32,000 bases of DNA from Psychrobacter cryohalolentis K5 (GCF_000013905.1 NC_007969.1:390001-422000), one strand, 5' to 3'; shown: positions 1 through 9,049, numbered from the stretch's first letter. The notes: generated by a model not told the origin, from the letters alone. Made by a program: numbers and translations.

Positions 1-10
1 ACGTAATAAA

Positions 11-1312
11 TTAGGCACGCGTTTCGCCATGACCATAAACAATCCACTTTTGTGAAGTTAAGCCTTCAAGTCCGACAGGTCCACGCGCATGAATCTTGTC
101 AGTTGAGATACCAATTTCGGCACCAAGACCATATTCAAAACCATCGGCAAAACGGCTAGAGGCGTTAATCATCACGCTTGCTGAGTCGACTTCGCGGATA
201 AATCGCTGTGACTTGGTATAGTTATCTGTAATGATAACATCGGTATGATGACTGCCATGGGTGTTGATATGCTCAATCGCCTCATCAATGCCGGATAATA
301 TTTTAATCGCGAGGATAGGGGCGAGATATTCGGTATCCCAATCTTCAGCGGTGGCGGCTGATAAATGGCCTTTAAGGATAGTGTTATCGTTCAGAATAGC
401 CTGCGCTTTATCATCAAGGCGTAGTTGCATCGCATTATCGGCTTCGACGATGGCTTCGGCAATTTTTGGTAACAGCTCATCAGCGATGGCTTCATCGACC
501 AACAAGGTTTCCATGGTATTACAAGTACCATAGCGATGGGTTTTGGCATTGACACTCACGTTAATGGCAATCTCAGGATCAGCATCACTGTCGATAAAGG
601 TATGACAGTTGCCATCTAAGTGCTTAATAACAGGCACGCGTGCATCGCGGCTGATACGTTCAATCAGCCCTTTACCGCCGCGTGGTACGATAACATCAAC
701 ATACTCTGTCATAGTGATAAGCTCACCGACGGCAGCACGGTCAGTGGTCTCTAGTACTTGGACACTATACTCAGACATACCAACGTTTTTTAGTCCTTCT
801 AAAATACATTTGGCAATCGCTTGATTGGACTCAAATGCTTCAGAGCCGCCACGTAAAATGATGGCATTACCTGACTTTAGTGCGAGCGAGGCTGCTTCCA
901 AAGTGACATTGGGACGCGACTCATAAATCATACCGACCACACCAAGTGGCACGCGCATTTTGCCCAGATGAATACCCGACGGACGATACGTCATGTCTGT
1001 AACCTCACCAATAGGGTCAGGCAATGCCGCAACGTCTTTTAGACCTTGTAACATGCCATCAAAGCGGGCGTCATTTAACTCCAAGCGATCAAGCAGCGCA
1101 GCATCTAGGTCGTTCTTTTGTCCATTGTCCATATCAACTGTATTGGCGGCTAAAATATCTTGCTTAGCGTTCTTTAATACATCGTGAATCGCCATCAGTG
1201 CAGCATTTTTGTCACCCGTATTGGCAGCAGCCAGTGCTCTGGATGCAGCGCGCGCTTCTTTACCAACATTTTGCATATAAGCGGTTACGTCTGTGGTATT
1301 GGTTTGACTCAT
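11..1312 (-). CDS. proA: Gamma-glutamyl phosphate reductase (proline biosynthesis)
   Basis: 433-aa ORF that matches ProA/aldehyde-dehydrogenase-fold proteins along its whole length by eye (e.g. [31 protein letters not shown]). An AGGAAG RBS lies 7-8 nt upstream of the ATG at 1312. The + strand ORFs at 261-1187 are antisense shadows. Confidence 0.93.
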   Translation of the reverse strand: MSQTNTTDVTAYMQNVGKEARAASRALAAANTGDKNAALMAIHDVLKNAKQDILAANTVDMDNGQKNDLDAALLDRLELNDARFDGMLQGLKDVAALPDPIGEVTDMTYRPSGIHLGKMRVPLGVVGMIYESRPNVTLEAASLALKSGNAIILRGGSEAFESNQAIAKCILEGLKNVGMSEYSVQVLETTDRAAVGELITMTEYVDVIVPRGGKGLIERISRDARVPVIKHLDGNCHTFIDSDADPEIAINVSVNAKTHRYGTCNTMETLLVDEAIADELLPKIAEAIVEADNAMQLRLDDKAQAILNDNTILKGHLSAATAEDWDTEYLAPILAIKILSGIDEAIEHINTHGSHHTDVIITDNYTKSQRFIREVDSASVMINASSRFADGFEYGLGAEIGISTDKIHARGPVGLEGLTSQKWIVYGHGETRA

Positions 1313-1667
1313 AAATATTCTTCCTTATAGTTATAAATAGAAAACAATCAGTGTTCTTTAGCGCTCTAATGGCACTCTGCTATTTAACATAGAGGAGATT
1401 AGTTCGATAGTAAAGCCGATTTTGTGAATAGAAGTCACTTGTCTTTATATGATAGTCATGATTGGGCATTAGATTGATGGTTACGTATTTTTAACAGAAA
1501 TAGTCCGCAATTACTAAGGTAGTCGCTATGAATCGTCCGTATAGTGAGCGCTAAGCAGTAAAAGATTCATTTTAGCTTTAACACGTTATTTTTAAACTCG
1601 CTCGGCTACATGATAGCTATTCATAGTGGAAATTAATGATAGTAAATAAAAATATTGGAGAATAAAC

Positions 1668-1994
1668 ATGACCATTGATCAACAACAAATTCAAAAATCT
1701 GGCGCGTACAAAAACTGGTTGGGCGTTGGATTGGTTGCAGCGGCATTGACGCTAAGTGCCTGTGGTAAGAAAGATGAGCCACCGGTAGAGACGGCGCCAG
1801 CAGTCGATGCGCAGACTGCGGTAGAAGATGAAGCAACGGGTATGGCTACTGCCGGCAGTGCTGACGATGTTGCGGTAGCATCTGCTGACAATGATATGGA
1901 TGTCAGTAGCACGGATGATGTGGCCGTAGCAACTGCGGATGATGCAGAGATGATGGACGGTACTGAAAGCGAAGAGCACGTCTCAAGCTACTAA
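1668..1994 (+). CDS. Small acidic lipoprotein of unknown function (108 aa)
   Basis: GGAG RBS lies 8 nt upstream. The N-terminus has a basic n-region, a hydrophobic core and the lipobox LTLSAC (Cys32). The mature part is very D/E/A/V-rich with a duplicated motif, (A/T)DDVAVA(S/T)AD. A rho-independent terminator follows at 2040-2076. Confidence 0.7.
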   Translation: MTIDQQQIQKSGAYKNWLGVGLVAAALTLSACGKKDEPPVETAPAVDAQTAVEDEATGMATAGSADDVAVASADNDMDVSSTDDVAVATADDAEMMDGTESEEHVSSY

Positions 1995-2039
1995 TGTGGC
2001 AGATAAAACAGCGCTCACGCTATTAAGATGATAAAATAA

Positions 2040-2076
2040 GGCCCATAATTGACTGTATATTATGGGCCTTATTTTA
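2040..2076 (+). terminator. Rho-independent terminator after the small lipoprotein gene
   Basis: Perfect 10-bp stem ggcccataat/attatgggcc (2040-2049 / 2059-2068), 9-nt loop, then ttatttta. Confidence 0.7.
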
Positions 2077-2166
2077 TAAAGGTAATTTATTGCCAAACGC
2101 CTTTTTAATGCTAAGCACCTTTTTACGTCATGTTTTCATTCATATTTATTGGAAGTCTGCTAAACC

Positions 2167-2964
2167 ATGCTTGATACTGCAAATAATCCGACTCGACCTA
2201 TCGCTTTAGATTTACAAGATATCCATAAAAGTTTCGGCTCATTGGCCGTACTGAAAGGCGTATCTCTAACTGCCTATGACGGCGATGTTATCTCTATTTT
2301 AGGCTCGTCTGGCTCAGGTAAGTCGACCCTGCTGCGCTGTATCAATCTGCTCGAAAAGCCCAATCAAGGTCGCATTATTATCGGTAAAGATGAGCTGATG
2401 CTAAAGCCAGCTAAGTCAGGCGAATTGCAAGCGGCTGATATCAAACAGCTAGAACACTTGCGCGCACGCGTGGGTTTTGTCTTTCAGAATTTCAACCTAT
2501 GGCCACATAAAACGATTATTGACAATATCATTGAAGGGCCAATACAAGTCTTAAAAATAAAAAAAGACCAAGCCATTAGCGATGCTGAGAAGCTGCTTGA
2601 TAAAGTGGGTTTGCTTGATAAAAAAGACGCTTATCCTGCTAATCTGTCTGGTGGTCAGCGTCAGCGTGTTGCTATTGCACGCGCGCTTGCTATGCAGCCA
2701 CAGGTATTATTATTTGATGAACCGACTTCTGCTTTAGACCCTGAGCTGGTCAATGAAGTGCTTGCCGTTATGCGAGAGCTAGCCGCAGAGGGACGCACGA
2801 TGTTGATTGTGACCCATGAAATGCGTTTTGCTCGTGACGTTTCTAGTAAAGTGGTGTTTTTACACCAAGGCGTTATTGAAGAGATTGGTACACCTGAGCA
2901 AGTCTTTGATAACCCTAAGTCTGAGCGCGTTAGAGACTTTATGGCTTCACATCGTCAAAATTAA
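2167..2964 (+). CDS. Polar amino acid ABC transporter ATP-binding protein (HisP/OccP-like)
   Basis: Walker [11 protein letters not shown]-loop, signature LSGGQRQR, Walker [12 protein letters not shown] and H-loop THEM. The 265-aa length is typical of PAAT-family ATPases. Confidence 0.92.
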   Translation: MLDTANNPTRPIALDLQDIHKSFGSLAVLKGVSLTAYDGDVISILGSSGSGKSTLLRCINLLEKPNQGRIIIGKDELMLKPAKSGELQAADIKQLEHLRARVGFVFQNFNLWPHKTIIDNIIEGPIQVLKIKKDQAISDAEKLLDKVGLLDKKDAYPANLSGGQRQRVAIARALAMQPQVLLFDEPTSALDPELVNEVLAVMRELAAEGRTMLIVTHEMRFARDVSSKVVFLHQGVIEEIGTPEQVFDNPKSERVRDFMASHRQN

Positions 2965-2989
2965 TCCATTGCTTAAATCTAGTAAAATC

Positions 2990-3027
2990 GCAATCTTAGC
3001 AATAATTGTTTAAAACGCTAAGATTGC
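2990..3027 (+). other. Intergenic hairpin without a U-tract between the ATPase and SBP1
   Basis: Perfect 11-bp inverted repeat gcaatcttagc/gctaagattgc with a 16-nt loop. No T-run follows, so I do not call it a canonical terminator. Confidence 0.45.
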
Positions 3028-3304
3028 ACATCAGTAAATCTATTCGTGCCTTTATTACTCAATAATCACAGTCGGTATGCAAAACGTTTGTTTTTGATAT
3101 TCCACTCAGGTATTATCAAAAGACTTGTGAGCGGGTATGCATAGCACTTATCCATATACCTAAACATCTCACAGCCTGAATATCCAGTTGCCTGAATCCG
3201 AGTGACTTATCTGGCAGGGACGTCAGAGAAAATATACCAGAACGCTGTATTAAAAATTAGAGATTAAAAATCATCTTAAAAATCCATCAGAATTTAAGGA
3301 ACGT

Positions 3305-4105
3305 ATGATGTCGAATTCTCGCCTATTATGGTCATCGATTACCGTTACTGCCGCGCTCATGTTAGGTGCGTGTAGCCAACCTGCCAATGACGCTGCTGAT
3401 ACCAATGCAGATGCACCGGCAGCAGGAACCACTGGCAAGACCATTCGTATTGCGACTGAAGGCGCATACCCTCCTTTTAACTATACCAATGCCGATGGCA
3501 GTTTGGCGGGTTTCGATATCGACGTTGCCAATGCTCTATGTGAGCAGATGCAAGCCAAATGTGAAATTGTCGCTCAAGATTGGGACGGTATTATTCCGGG
3601 TTTATTGGCGCAAAAATACGATGCGGTTATCGCTGGTATGTCTATTACCGCTGAACGTCAAGAAAAAGTCGATTTTAGTGAGCCTTACTTTGCCAATACG
3701 ATGGTTTGGCTGACCGATACCAAAGGCAGCTTTGATCCTAAAGTCATCAAAAATCTGACGCTTGGTGGTCAACGTTCAACGACACCAGGTGCTTATTTAC
3801 AAGACAATTATGAAGGCAAAGATGGCAATACCGTTAAGCTTTATGACAATTATGACAATGCTTATTTGGACCTGAAGTCTGGTCGTAGTGATGTTGTATT
3901 GGCTGAAAAAGTATCAGCAAAATCATGGTTAGCAGACAACCCTGAAGGCTTCGGTATCGTGGGTGATGAGATTGACAATGATGACAATATTGCGATTGCT
4001 GTCCGTAAAGGCGATGCCATTAAAGAAGACTTTAATAAAGCGCTGAATGAAATTCGCAGTAACGGTGAGCTTGCCCGTCTTGAGCAGCAAAACTTTGGTC
4101 AATAA
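3305..4105 (+). CDS. Lipoprotein substrate-binding protein 1, Lys/Arg/Orn/His/opine (NocT/OccJ/ArgT-like) family
   Basis: AAGGA RBS and lipobox LMLGAC. The motifs ATEGAYPPFNY, GFDIDVANALC...KC (the conserved Cys pair), QDWDGIIPGL and AGMSIT..R are as in ArgT/HisJ/NocT-type binding proteins. Confidence 0.9.
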   Translation: MMSNSRLLWSSITVTAALMLGACSQPANDAADTNADAPAAGTTGKTIRIATEGAYPPFNYTNADGSLAGFDIDVANALCEQMQAKCEIVAQDWDGIIPGLLAQKYDAVIAGMSITAERQEKVDFSEPYFANTMVWLTDTKGSFDPKVIKNLTLGGQRSTTPGAYLQDNYEGKDGNTVKLYDNYDNAYLDLKSGRSDVVLAEKVSAKSWLADNPEGFGIVGDEIDNDDNIAIAVRKGDAIKEDFNKALNEIRSNGELARLEQQNFGQ

Positions 4106-4130
4106 TCTGTAATCATTAGCGTCGATTGTT

Positions 4131-4156
4131 TATATCCGTTTTAAGCAGCGGATATA
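4131..4156 (+). other. Intergenic hairpin between SBP1 and SBP2
   Basis: 8-bp stem tatatccg/cggatata with a 10-nt loop and no T-run. It could be an mRNA processing or stability element, or a weak attenuator. Confidence 0.35.
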
Positions 4157-4191
4157 TATACGGCTGGTAAATATATTAAGGAATAACCACT

Positions 4192-5124
4192 ATGATCATT
4201 TCAATGACCTCGTCAATGACCAAAAAAGCCTTGTGGTTAGCGCCACTAAGCGCTGCTATGCTGATGCTAGCTGGCTGTAATAACAGCTCTACACCAACAG
4301 AAAGCACTGAAACAGCTGCAGCAACTGATACGCCTTTAAATATCAAAATCGCGACGGAATCAAGCTATAAACCTTTTAGTTATACCGATGCTGATGGCAA
4401 GTTAATCGGCTATGAGATTGAATTGGTTGACGCACTATGTGCGCAAATGAAAGCCAAATGCGAAGTGATCTCCCAGGATTGGGATGGCTTGATTCCAGGC
4501 TTAAATGCGCAGAAGTTTGATGCTGCCATCGCTGGTATGTCAATCACCCCTGAGCGCAAAGAAGTGGTCGAATTTAGCGAACCTTACTTTCATAGCGGCA
4601 TTATCTTAATCGGTAAAAAAGGCGACGATGTTAGTGTTGACGCTCTAAAAGGTCAGCCAATTGCCTCACAGCGTTCAACTGTTGCCTCGCAATATCTACA
4701 AGATAAACATGCTGATGCTGATATCAAACTTTATGATACCCAAGACAATGCGTATCTGGATCTAACGTCAGGTCGTGTGCGGGCGATGATGTCTGATAAA
4801 GTGACTGGTATTGACTGGCTAAAAACAGAAGCTGGTAAAGACTATGAGGTCAAAGGTCAAGAAATCAGCACCAATGATGATGCGATGGGTATCGCTTTCC
4901 GTAAAGGCGATCCATTGGTTGCCAAATTTAATAAAGCCTTGGCTGAGCTAAAAGACAATGGCACTTATGATCAAATCACGGGTAGCTATTTTGGTACTAG
5001 CTCAACCACTGCTGCTCAAAAAGCAGTCGCTACTAGTGATATCAAAGAAGTAGTAGTCATGGATAAAGCTAGTGTCGATGCTGATACGGCGATTGCTAAA
5101 GAAGAGCAAGCGACAGCAAACTAA
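4192..5124 (+). CDS. Lipoprotein substrate-binding protein 2 (paralog of SBP1) with a C-terminal low-complexity tail
   Basis: AAGGA RBS 9 nt upstream and lipobox LMLAGC. It shares the SBP1 core motifs (ATESSYKPFSY, ELVDALC..KC, QDWDGLIPGL, AGMSITPER). About 45 extra Ala/Thr/Asp/Lys-rich residues follow the conserved ...YFG end. The start could instead be Met5 or Met9. Confidence 0.88.
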   Translation: MIISMTSSMTKKALWLAPLSAAMLMLAGCNNSSTPTESTETAAATDTPLNIKIATESSYKPFSYTDADGKLIGYEIELVDALCAQMKAKCEVISQDWDGLIPGLNAQKFDAAIAGMSITPERKEVVEFSEPYFHSGIILIGKKGDDVSVDALKGQPIASQRSTVASQYLQDKHADADIKLYDTQDNAYLDLTSGRVRAMMSDKVTGIDWLKTEAGKDYEVKGQEISTNDDAMGIAFRKGDPLVAKFNKALAELKDNGTYDQITGSYFGTSSTTAAQKAVATSDIKEVVVMDKASVDADTAIAKEEQATAN

Positions 5125-5223
5125 TACCTGTGATGACAAATATGTATTGATCCTAAGTTTTGAGGAATGCATATTTGCCAGCACTTATCAAAATTTCACG
5201 ACGTAATAAACTCAAGGATGATT

Positions 5224-6141
5224 ATGAGTAACTATCTTGTCATAGGCTCAAATTCAGTGACCAGTCAGCGGTTTTCAAAACCTATGCTAGCAGTGGCAGC
5301 ATTTTTAGCTTTAGTCGGTTGTAGTAACGGTCAAGATAAAGGGGCTGAAAGGACTAACTCAGACGCTAATAATACTGCGGAGACAGCTGAGAAAAAAGCA
5401 GATGCGACAGAGGGTAATGTGCTGCGTATCGGTACTGAGGGTGCTTATGCGCCCTTTAACTATACCAATGCAGATGGCACGCTCGGCGGTTTTGATATCG
5501 AAATTGCCAATGCTATCTGTGCTGATATGCAAGTAACTTGTGAGATTGTGGCGCAAGATTGGGACGGTATCATCCCCGGTCTCAAGGCTGGTAAATATGA
5601 CGCTATCGTCGCTGCGATGTCAGTCACCCCTGAGCGCGCTCAACAAGTTGCTTTTACGGATCCGTATTTTAGCAATGCGCTAGTGTTTTTAGCCAAAAAA
5701 GATAGCACCTTTGACCCTGCTAAGGTGACTGATATTAATGCCCACTCTATCGCCGCTCAGCGCTCCACCATCTCATCACAGTGGCTAGAAAACACTTATC
5801 CAAAAGCGGATATGAAGCTATATGATACATTAAGTAATGCGTTTTTAGATTTGGGTGCTGGTCGCGTCGATGCCATGATATCGGATAAACTGCCAGCGAT
5901 TGAATGGCTCAGCTCGACGTCCGGTAATAATTATGTGTTAAAGGGCGCGGAGATTGATATCAATGATAACTTTGCGATTGCCGTCCGTCCGAATGATGAA
6001 GCTCTACAAGCAAAAATTAATACCTCATTGAGCAATATTAAAGCCAACGGCACTTATGATAAGATCAATCAAAAATACTTTGCTGTGCCAGCAAGTGCGA
6101 CACTAACAGAAGCACCAGCTATAGATAGTGCTACACAGTAA
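5224..6141 (+). CDS. Lipoprotein substrate-binding protein 3 (paralog of SBP1/2)
   Basis: Core motifs GTEGAYAPFNY, FDIEIANAIC..TC, QDWDGIIPGL and AAMSVTPER, with lipobox LALVGC. I chose the ATG at 5224 because AAGGA lies 5 nt upstream. The ORF-track start at 5167 has GAGGA directly abutting the ATG and adds a non-signal-like extension. Confidence 0.85.
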   Translation: MSNYLVIGSNSVTSQRFSKPMLAVAAFLALVGCSNGQDKGAERTNSDANNTAETAEKKADATEGNVLRIGTEGAYAPFNYTNADGTLGGFDIEIANAICADMQVTCEIVAQDWDGIIPGLKAGKYDAIVAAMSVTPERAQQVAFTDPYFSNALVFLAKKDSTFDPAKVTDINAHSIAAQRSTISSQWLENTYPKADMKLYDTLSNAFLDLGAGRVDAMISDKLPAIEWLSSTSGNNYVLKGAEIDINDNFAIAVRPNDEALQAKINTSLSNIKANGTYDKINQKYFAVPASATLTEAPAIDSATQ

Positions 6142-6197
6142 AGGCTCAGTAGTATTACGGTTTTCACGACTGCATTAATATTGTGTTAATAAGCATG

Positions 6198-6231
6198 AGG
6201 ACATCACCATTATGGTGATGTCCTTTTTCTT
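6198..6231 (+). terminator. Strong rho-independent terminator after SBP3
   Basis: 11-12 bp perfect stem aggacatcacc/ggtgatgtcct (6198-6208 / 6214-6224), 5-nt loop, then ttttctt. Confidence 0.8.
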
Positions 6232-6512
6232 GCGTACTTATTTACAGTCACGCTATTATTGTAGACATTATTAACCAACAGATTTGCTGTTATTTAACTA
6301 AATCATCGGCCTTTTAAAGAGATAGATATCTATTTAGGCGATGCTTTTACACGTCAGTATTAACATAGCGGCGAATGAATATGATAAAATCAGCGCTCAT
6401 TTCTACTGTGTCAATTATCGCGGCAATAACCGTATTAATCTAGCGTCAGTATATGACGCAAATGACTCATATTTCTTGGGTCTAAAGTACGTTTATTAAC
6501 TGTATTCAGCTA

Positions 6513-6541
6513 TTGATGCTGATTTTTTTAACTCATATTTT
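6513..6541 (+). promoter_or_regulatory. Candidate sigma70 promoter for the permease genes
   Basis: TTGATG-N17-TATTTT lies about 37 nt upstream of the GTG start at 6578. This is pattern match only. Confidence 0.25.
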
Positions 6542-6577
6542 GCAATTTGCTAATATAAAGAGACTGAGTGGATAATC

Positions 6578-7312
6578 GTGTTTGACTTACAAGGATTTGG
6601 CGCGCTTTTATTGAGCGGCGCTACCGTCACCATACAGCTTGCCATGACCAGTCTGATCATCGGCATGGTCTTAGGTTTGCTCGGTGCCACAGCAAAGCTG
6701 TCTAATATCTGGCTGCTGCGCAAAATTGCGACTGTCTATACCGCCACGATGCGCGGTATTCCTGAGCTACTATTGGTACTGTTTATCTACTATGGTGGCT
6801 CTATACTGCTAATGAGCATCCTCAAAAAGTTTGGCTATAACGACTATGTCGAGATTAGTGCTTTTTGGGGCGGCGTGATGGCACTTTCTATTGCTTTCGG
6901 TGCTTATGCGACTGAAATCTTCCGTATGTCGATTCAAGAGATTCCTATAGGACAGCGAGAAGCGGCGCAAGCGATTGGTATGCGTCCTTTTCAGACTTTT
7001 TATCGCATAACCTTACCTCAAGTATGGCAGATTGCATTGCCAGGTTTGGGTAATCTATTTTTGGTTTTGCTTAAAGATACGGCACTGGTGTCGGTCGTAG
7101 GTCTCAAAGATATCATGTATCAGTCCTCGCGCGCCGCGCAATCAACACAGCAGCCATTTACCTTTTATATGGCAGCGGCAATAATTTATTTAGGTTTGAC
7201 CATGCTGATTACTGGCTTTATGATGTGGCTTGAATGGCGTGCCAATCCGGCAGCGCGTTATGCTAAAAAGCTCAGCCGTCAAACCACTCACCGTCAATCG
7301 ACCATAGGATAA
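6578..7312 (+). CDS. Polar amino acid ABC transporter permease (HisQ-like)
   Basis: GTG start. The 244-aa protein is multi-spanning and carries the EAA-type loop (EAAQAIGMRPFQTFYRITLPQ) typical of PAAT permeases. Confidence 0.88.
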   Translation: MFDLQGFGALLLSGATVTIQLAMTSLIIGMVLGLLGATAKLSNIWLLRKIATVYTATMRGIPELLLVLFIYYGGSILLMSILKKFGYNDYVEISAFWGGVMALSIAFGAYATEIFRMSIQEIPIGQREAAQAIGMRPFQTFYRITLPQVWQIALPGLGNLFLVLLKDTALVSVVGLKDIMYQSSRAAQSTQQPFTFYMAAAIIYLGLTMLITGFMMWLEWRANPAARYAKKLSRQTTHRQSTIG

Positions 7313-7325
7313 AGGGGAAGACACT

Positions 7326-8051
7326 ATGGATTGGAATTGGCAGGTTATTTTTGATCATATCCCAGACTTACTCGGTGGCGCGGTATTGACCGTACAGCTG
7401 GTTTTGTTCTCGGGTATTATTGGCTTATTTTTTGGTTTGGTTTTGGCGCTGTTACGGCTGTCTAAAAATTGGGTGGTACAGATATTCCCTTTTCTATATA
7501 TCTTCTTTTTCCGTGGCACGCCATTACTGGTACAGATATTTTTGATTTACTATGGTCTTGGGCAGTTCGAAGCGGTACGTAATTCGTTCCTGTGGGAGCC
7601 AGTTCTTAGCCAAGCTTACTGGTGTGCTATCATTGCCTTTACCCTAAATACCAGTGCTTATTTAGCCGAGATTATCCGCGGTGCTATTCAAAATATTCCG
7701 GTCGGTGAGCTTGAAGCTGCCGATGCAATCGGGATGTCAAAGTGGCAGAAGCTGACCCGTATTACGTTACCGCGTGCCTTTGGTATTGTAATTCCGGCAT
7801 ACAGCAACGAAGTAATCTTTATGCTAAAGGGCAGTGCACTCGCTTCAACGATTGCTTTGATGGATATCACGGGCGTTGCCCGTACTATTAGTGCGCGGAC
7901 CTATACCTTGATGGAGCTGTTCTTCGCTGCCGGTATCGTTTATCTGTTGTTATCGTGGGTTATTCTGTTTAGCTTTAGAATGTTTGAAAAGCGCATGAAT
8001 CGTCACGCAAGCTATGTGCCACCAGATGTGACTACGCATACCGTCGGCTAA
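7326..8051 (+). CDS. Polar amino acid ABC transporter permease (HisM-like)
   Basis: AGGGGA RBS, start 13 nt after the previous stop, and EAA loop EAADAIGMSKWQKLTRITLPRA. 241 aa. Confidence 0.88.
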   Translation: MDWNWQVIFDHIPDLLGGAVLTVQLVLFSGIIGLFFGLVLALLRLSKNWVVQIFPFLYIFFFRGTPLLVQIFLIYYGLGQFEAVRNSFLWEPVLSQAYWCAIIAFTLNTSAYLAEIIRGAIQNIPVGELEAADAIGMSKWQKLTRITLPRAFGIVIPAYSNEVIFMLKGSALASTIALMDITGVARTISARTYTLMELFFAAGIVYLLLSWVILFSFRMFEKRMNRHASYVPPDVTTHTVG

Positions 8052-8148
8052 TGATTTGTTATGAATAAAACCTATCATAAACGTTGTGATAAATAGTGCA
8101 GTATGTTTCGCTTTTTAAAATATCAATCATCTGTTGTGAGTGCCTAGT

Positions 8149-8865
8149 ATGAGCCAATCACCATCTATATCCTTAGTCGATACAATTGCTGCCAGCGTCA
8201 AGGATGACGCGAGTATTGCCACCATTAACGATAGCGTACGAGAATCCATTGGCAAGGTCATTTGCGTTGGCCGTAACTATGCAGAACACGCGCGTGAGCT
8301 TGGCAATGAGATACCAAAATCGCCTATCTTATTCATGAAGCCAGCATCATCAGTGGTCAGTGTGCATAATGATATTGTCCGTCCAAATCCAGCGCTATAT
8401 GGCGACACTCATTATGAAGCAGAGCTGTGTATTCAGCTGGCAGCCGACTTATCGGCAGCAACGATTGAACAAGCAAAGCAAGCGATAGGTGGCGTGACTT
8501 TGGGGCTTGATTTGACCCTACGTGACTTGCAAAGCAAGCTCAAAGAAAAAGGTCATCCATGGGAGCGTGCTAAATGTTTCGATGGTGCTTGTGTGCTTGC
8601 CGATTGGATTGATCCGCAAGCGTTTGGTGATTTTTGCCATGTTGAATATCAGCTCTATATCAATGACGAGCTGAAGCAAGATGGTGACAGTGCCTTGATG
8701 CTATTTCCAGTGTATGAGCTACTAGCAGAGATTAGCCATGCCTTTAGCTTACAAGCAGGCGATGTGATTATGACAGGTACGCCAAGCGGCGTTGGTGTAT
8801 TGCAAGCAGCTGATACGCTAACATTCAAGCTTCGCACTCATGAATGGCAGGTGCAAGTTCGATAA
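8149..8865 (+). CDS. Fumarylacetoacetate hydrolase (FAH) family protein, YcgM-like
   Basis: Motifs ICVGRNYAEHARELG..PILFMKP, EAEL and GDVIMTGTPSGVG are typical of small FAH-fold decarboxylases/isomerases. The start is ambiguous between the GTG at 8140 (ORF track) and the ATG at 8149. Confidence 0.82.
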   Translation: MSQSPSISLVDTIAASVKDDASIATINDSVRESIGKVICVGRNYAEHARELGNEIPKSPILFMKPASSVVSVHNDIVRPNPALYGDTHYEAELCIQLAADLSAATIEQAKQAIGGVTLGLDLTLRDLQSKLKEKGHPWERAKCFDGACVLADWIDPQAFGDFCHVEYQLYINDELKQDGDSALMLFPVYELLAEISHAFSLQAGDVIMTGTPSGVGVLQAADTLTFKLRTHEWQVQVR

Positions 8866-8920
8866 TTTCTTATCGCAGCAGTATCATATAAGTTTTTAAA
8901 TGCATTAACGCTATCAAAAA

Positions 8921-8948
8921 ATCCCAAGTTCACACTTGGGATTTTTTT
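8921..8948 (+). terminator. Rho-independent terminator after the FAH gene
   Basis: 9-bp stem atcccaagt/acttgggat, 4-nt loop, then tttttt. It is preceded by an A-run and so looks bidirectional. Confidence 0.8.
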
Positions 8949-8971
8949 GGTTTATCAGTGGTAATAGCCAT

Positions 8972-9049
8972 TTGTCATGAGGTTATCGTCACATTACTAT
9001 CAAATTGGCATTTGGTTTTCAACATACTGTCATAAACACTCAGTAGACT
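8972..9049 (+). promoter_or_regulatory. Candidate Pho boxes and -10 element upstream of phoX
   Basis: At 9016-9033, ttttcaa-cata-CTGTCAT has a perfect second 7-mer of the E. coli-type Pho box CTGTCAT-N4-CTGTCAT. A weaker unit, TTGTCAT-gagg-ttatcgt, sits at 8972-8989. TAGACT at 9044-9049 lies 10 nt downstream of the proximal box, and CATAAT is at 9054-9059. Confidence 0.35.

Noticed and set aside
261-1187. Plus-strand ORFs (261-533, 609-824, 993-1187) inside proA. Similar antisense or out-of-frame ORFs occur throughout the track, e.g. 1633-1979, 3366-3713, 5359-5556, 10256-11293, 13263-13526, 13701-13955, 20050-21583, 21874-22977, 23556-24353, 24935-26805, 26848-27128, 28156-28810, 29265-29980, 30079-30279 and 31201-31533.
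   Set aside because: Each lies wholly within, and opposite or out of frame to, a gene with strong family-level motifs. Their translations are low-complexity (Ser/Ala/Arg/Leu-rich mirror translations) with no RBS or motifs. They are shadow ORFs.
3137-3146. Shared 10-mer ATGCATAGCA upstream of SBP1 (3137-3146) and gltI (14702-14711), with related tgcatag at 14671 and ggtatgca at 3074 and 3134. I considered it a possible common amino-acid regulator site.
   Set aside because: A single exact 10-mer pair is expected by chance many times in 32 kb (roughly N^2/2 divided by 4^10, i.e. hundreds of pairs). There is no dyad symmetry or consistent spacing to the start codons, so it is not significant on this evidence.
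3174-3197. Direct repeat gcctgaat twice (3174-3181, 3190-3197) containing TGAAT, reminiscent of ARG-box half sites upstream of a putative arginine-type SBP
   Set aside because: The right half (ATTCA) of an E. coli-type ARG box is absent from both units, and the 16-bp spacing does not fit the 21-bp ARG-box register. An 8-mer repeat is well within chance.
3205-3245. Possible fifth, partial copy of the hairpin repeat family. The segment ...gacgtcagagaaaatataccagaacgctg resembles the right arm cagaaaaatttataccagtactgcg of copy A.
   Set aside because: Only about 25 nt of one arm is similar. The central ttcgcagcctctgt block and a matching left arm are absent. It could be a decayed remnant but cannot be supported by eye.
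5167-5223. N-terminal extensions offered by the ORF track for SBP3 (5167), gltI (14782), gltJ (15896), gltL (GTG 17407), the acyl-CoA synthetase (19930), liuD (24417) and liuA (27721)
   Set aside because: In each case an internal ATG sits 5-9 nt downstream of an AGGA-type RBS and yields the canonical family N-terminus or a proper signal peptide. The extensions lack an RBS or place the RBS against the start codon.
6375-6443. 22-codon hydrophobic mini-ORF (MNMIKSALISTVSIIAAITVLI) in the 436-bp gap before the permease genes
   Set aside because: There is no recognisable Shine-Dalgarno, and such ORFs are expected by chance in AT-rich spacers. I kept it only as a note. Ribosome profiling or conservation would be needed to revive it.
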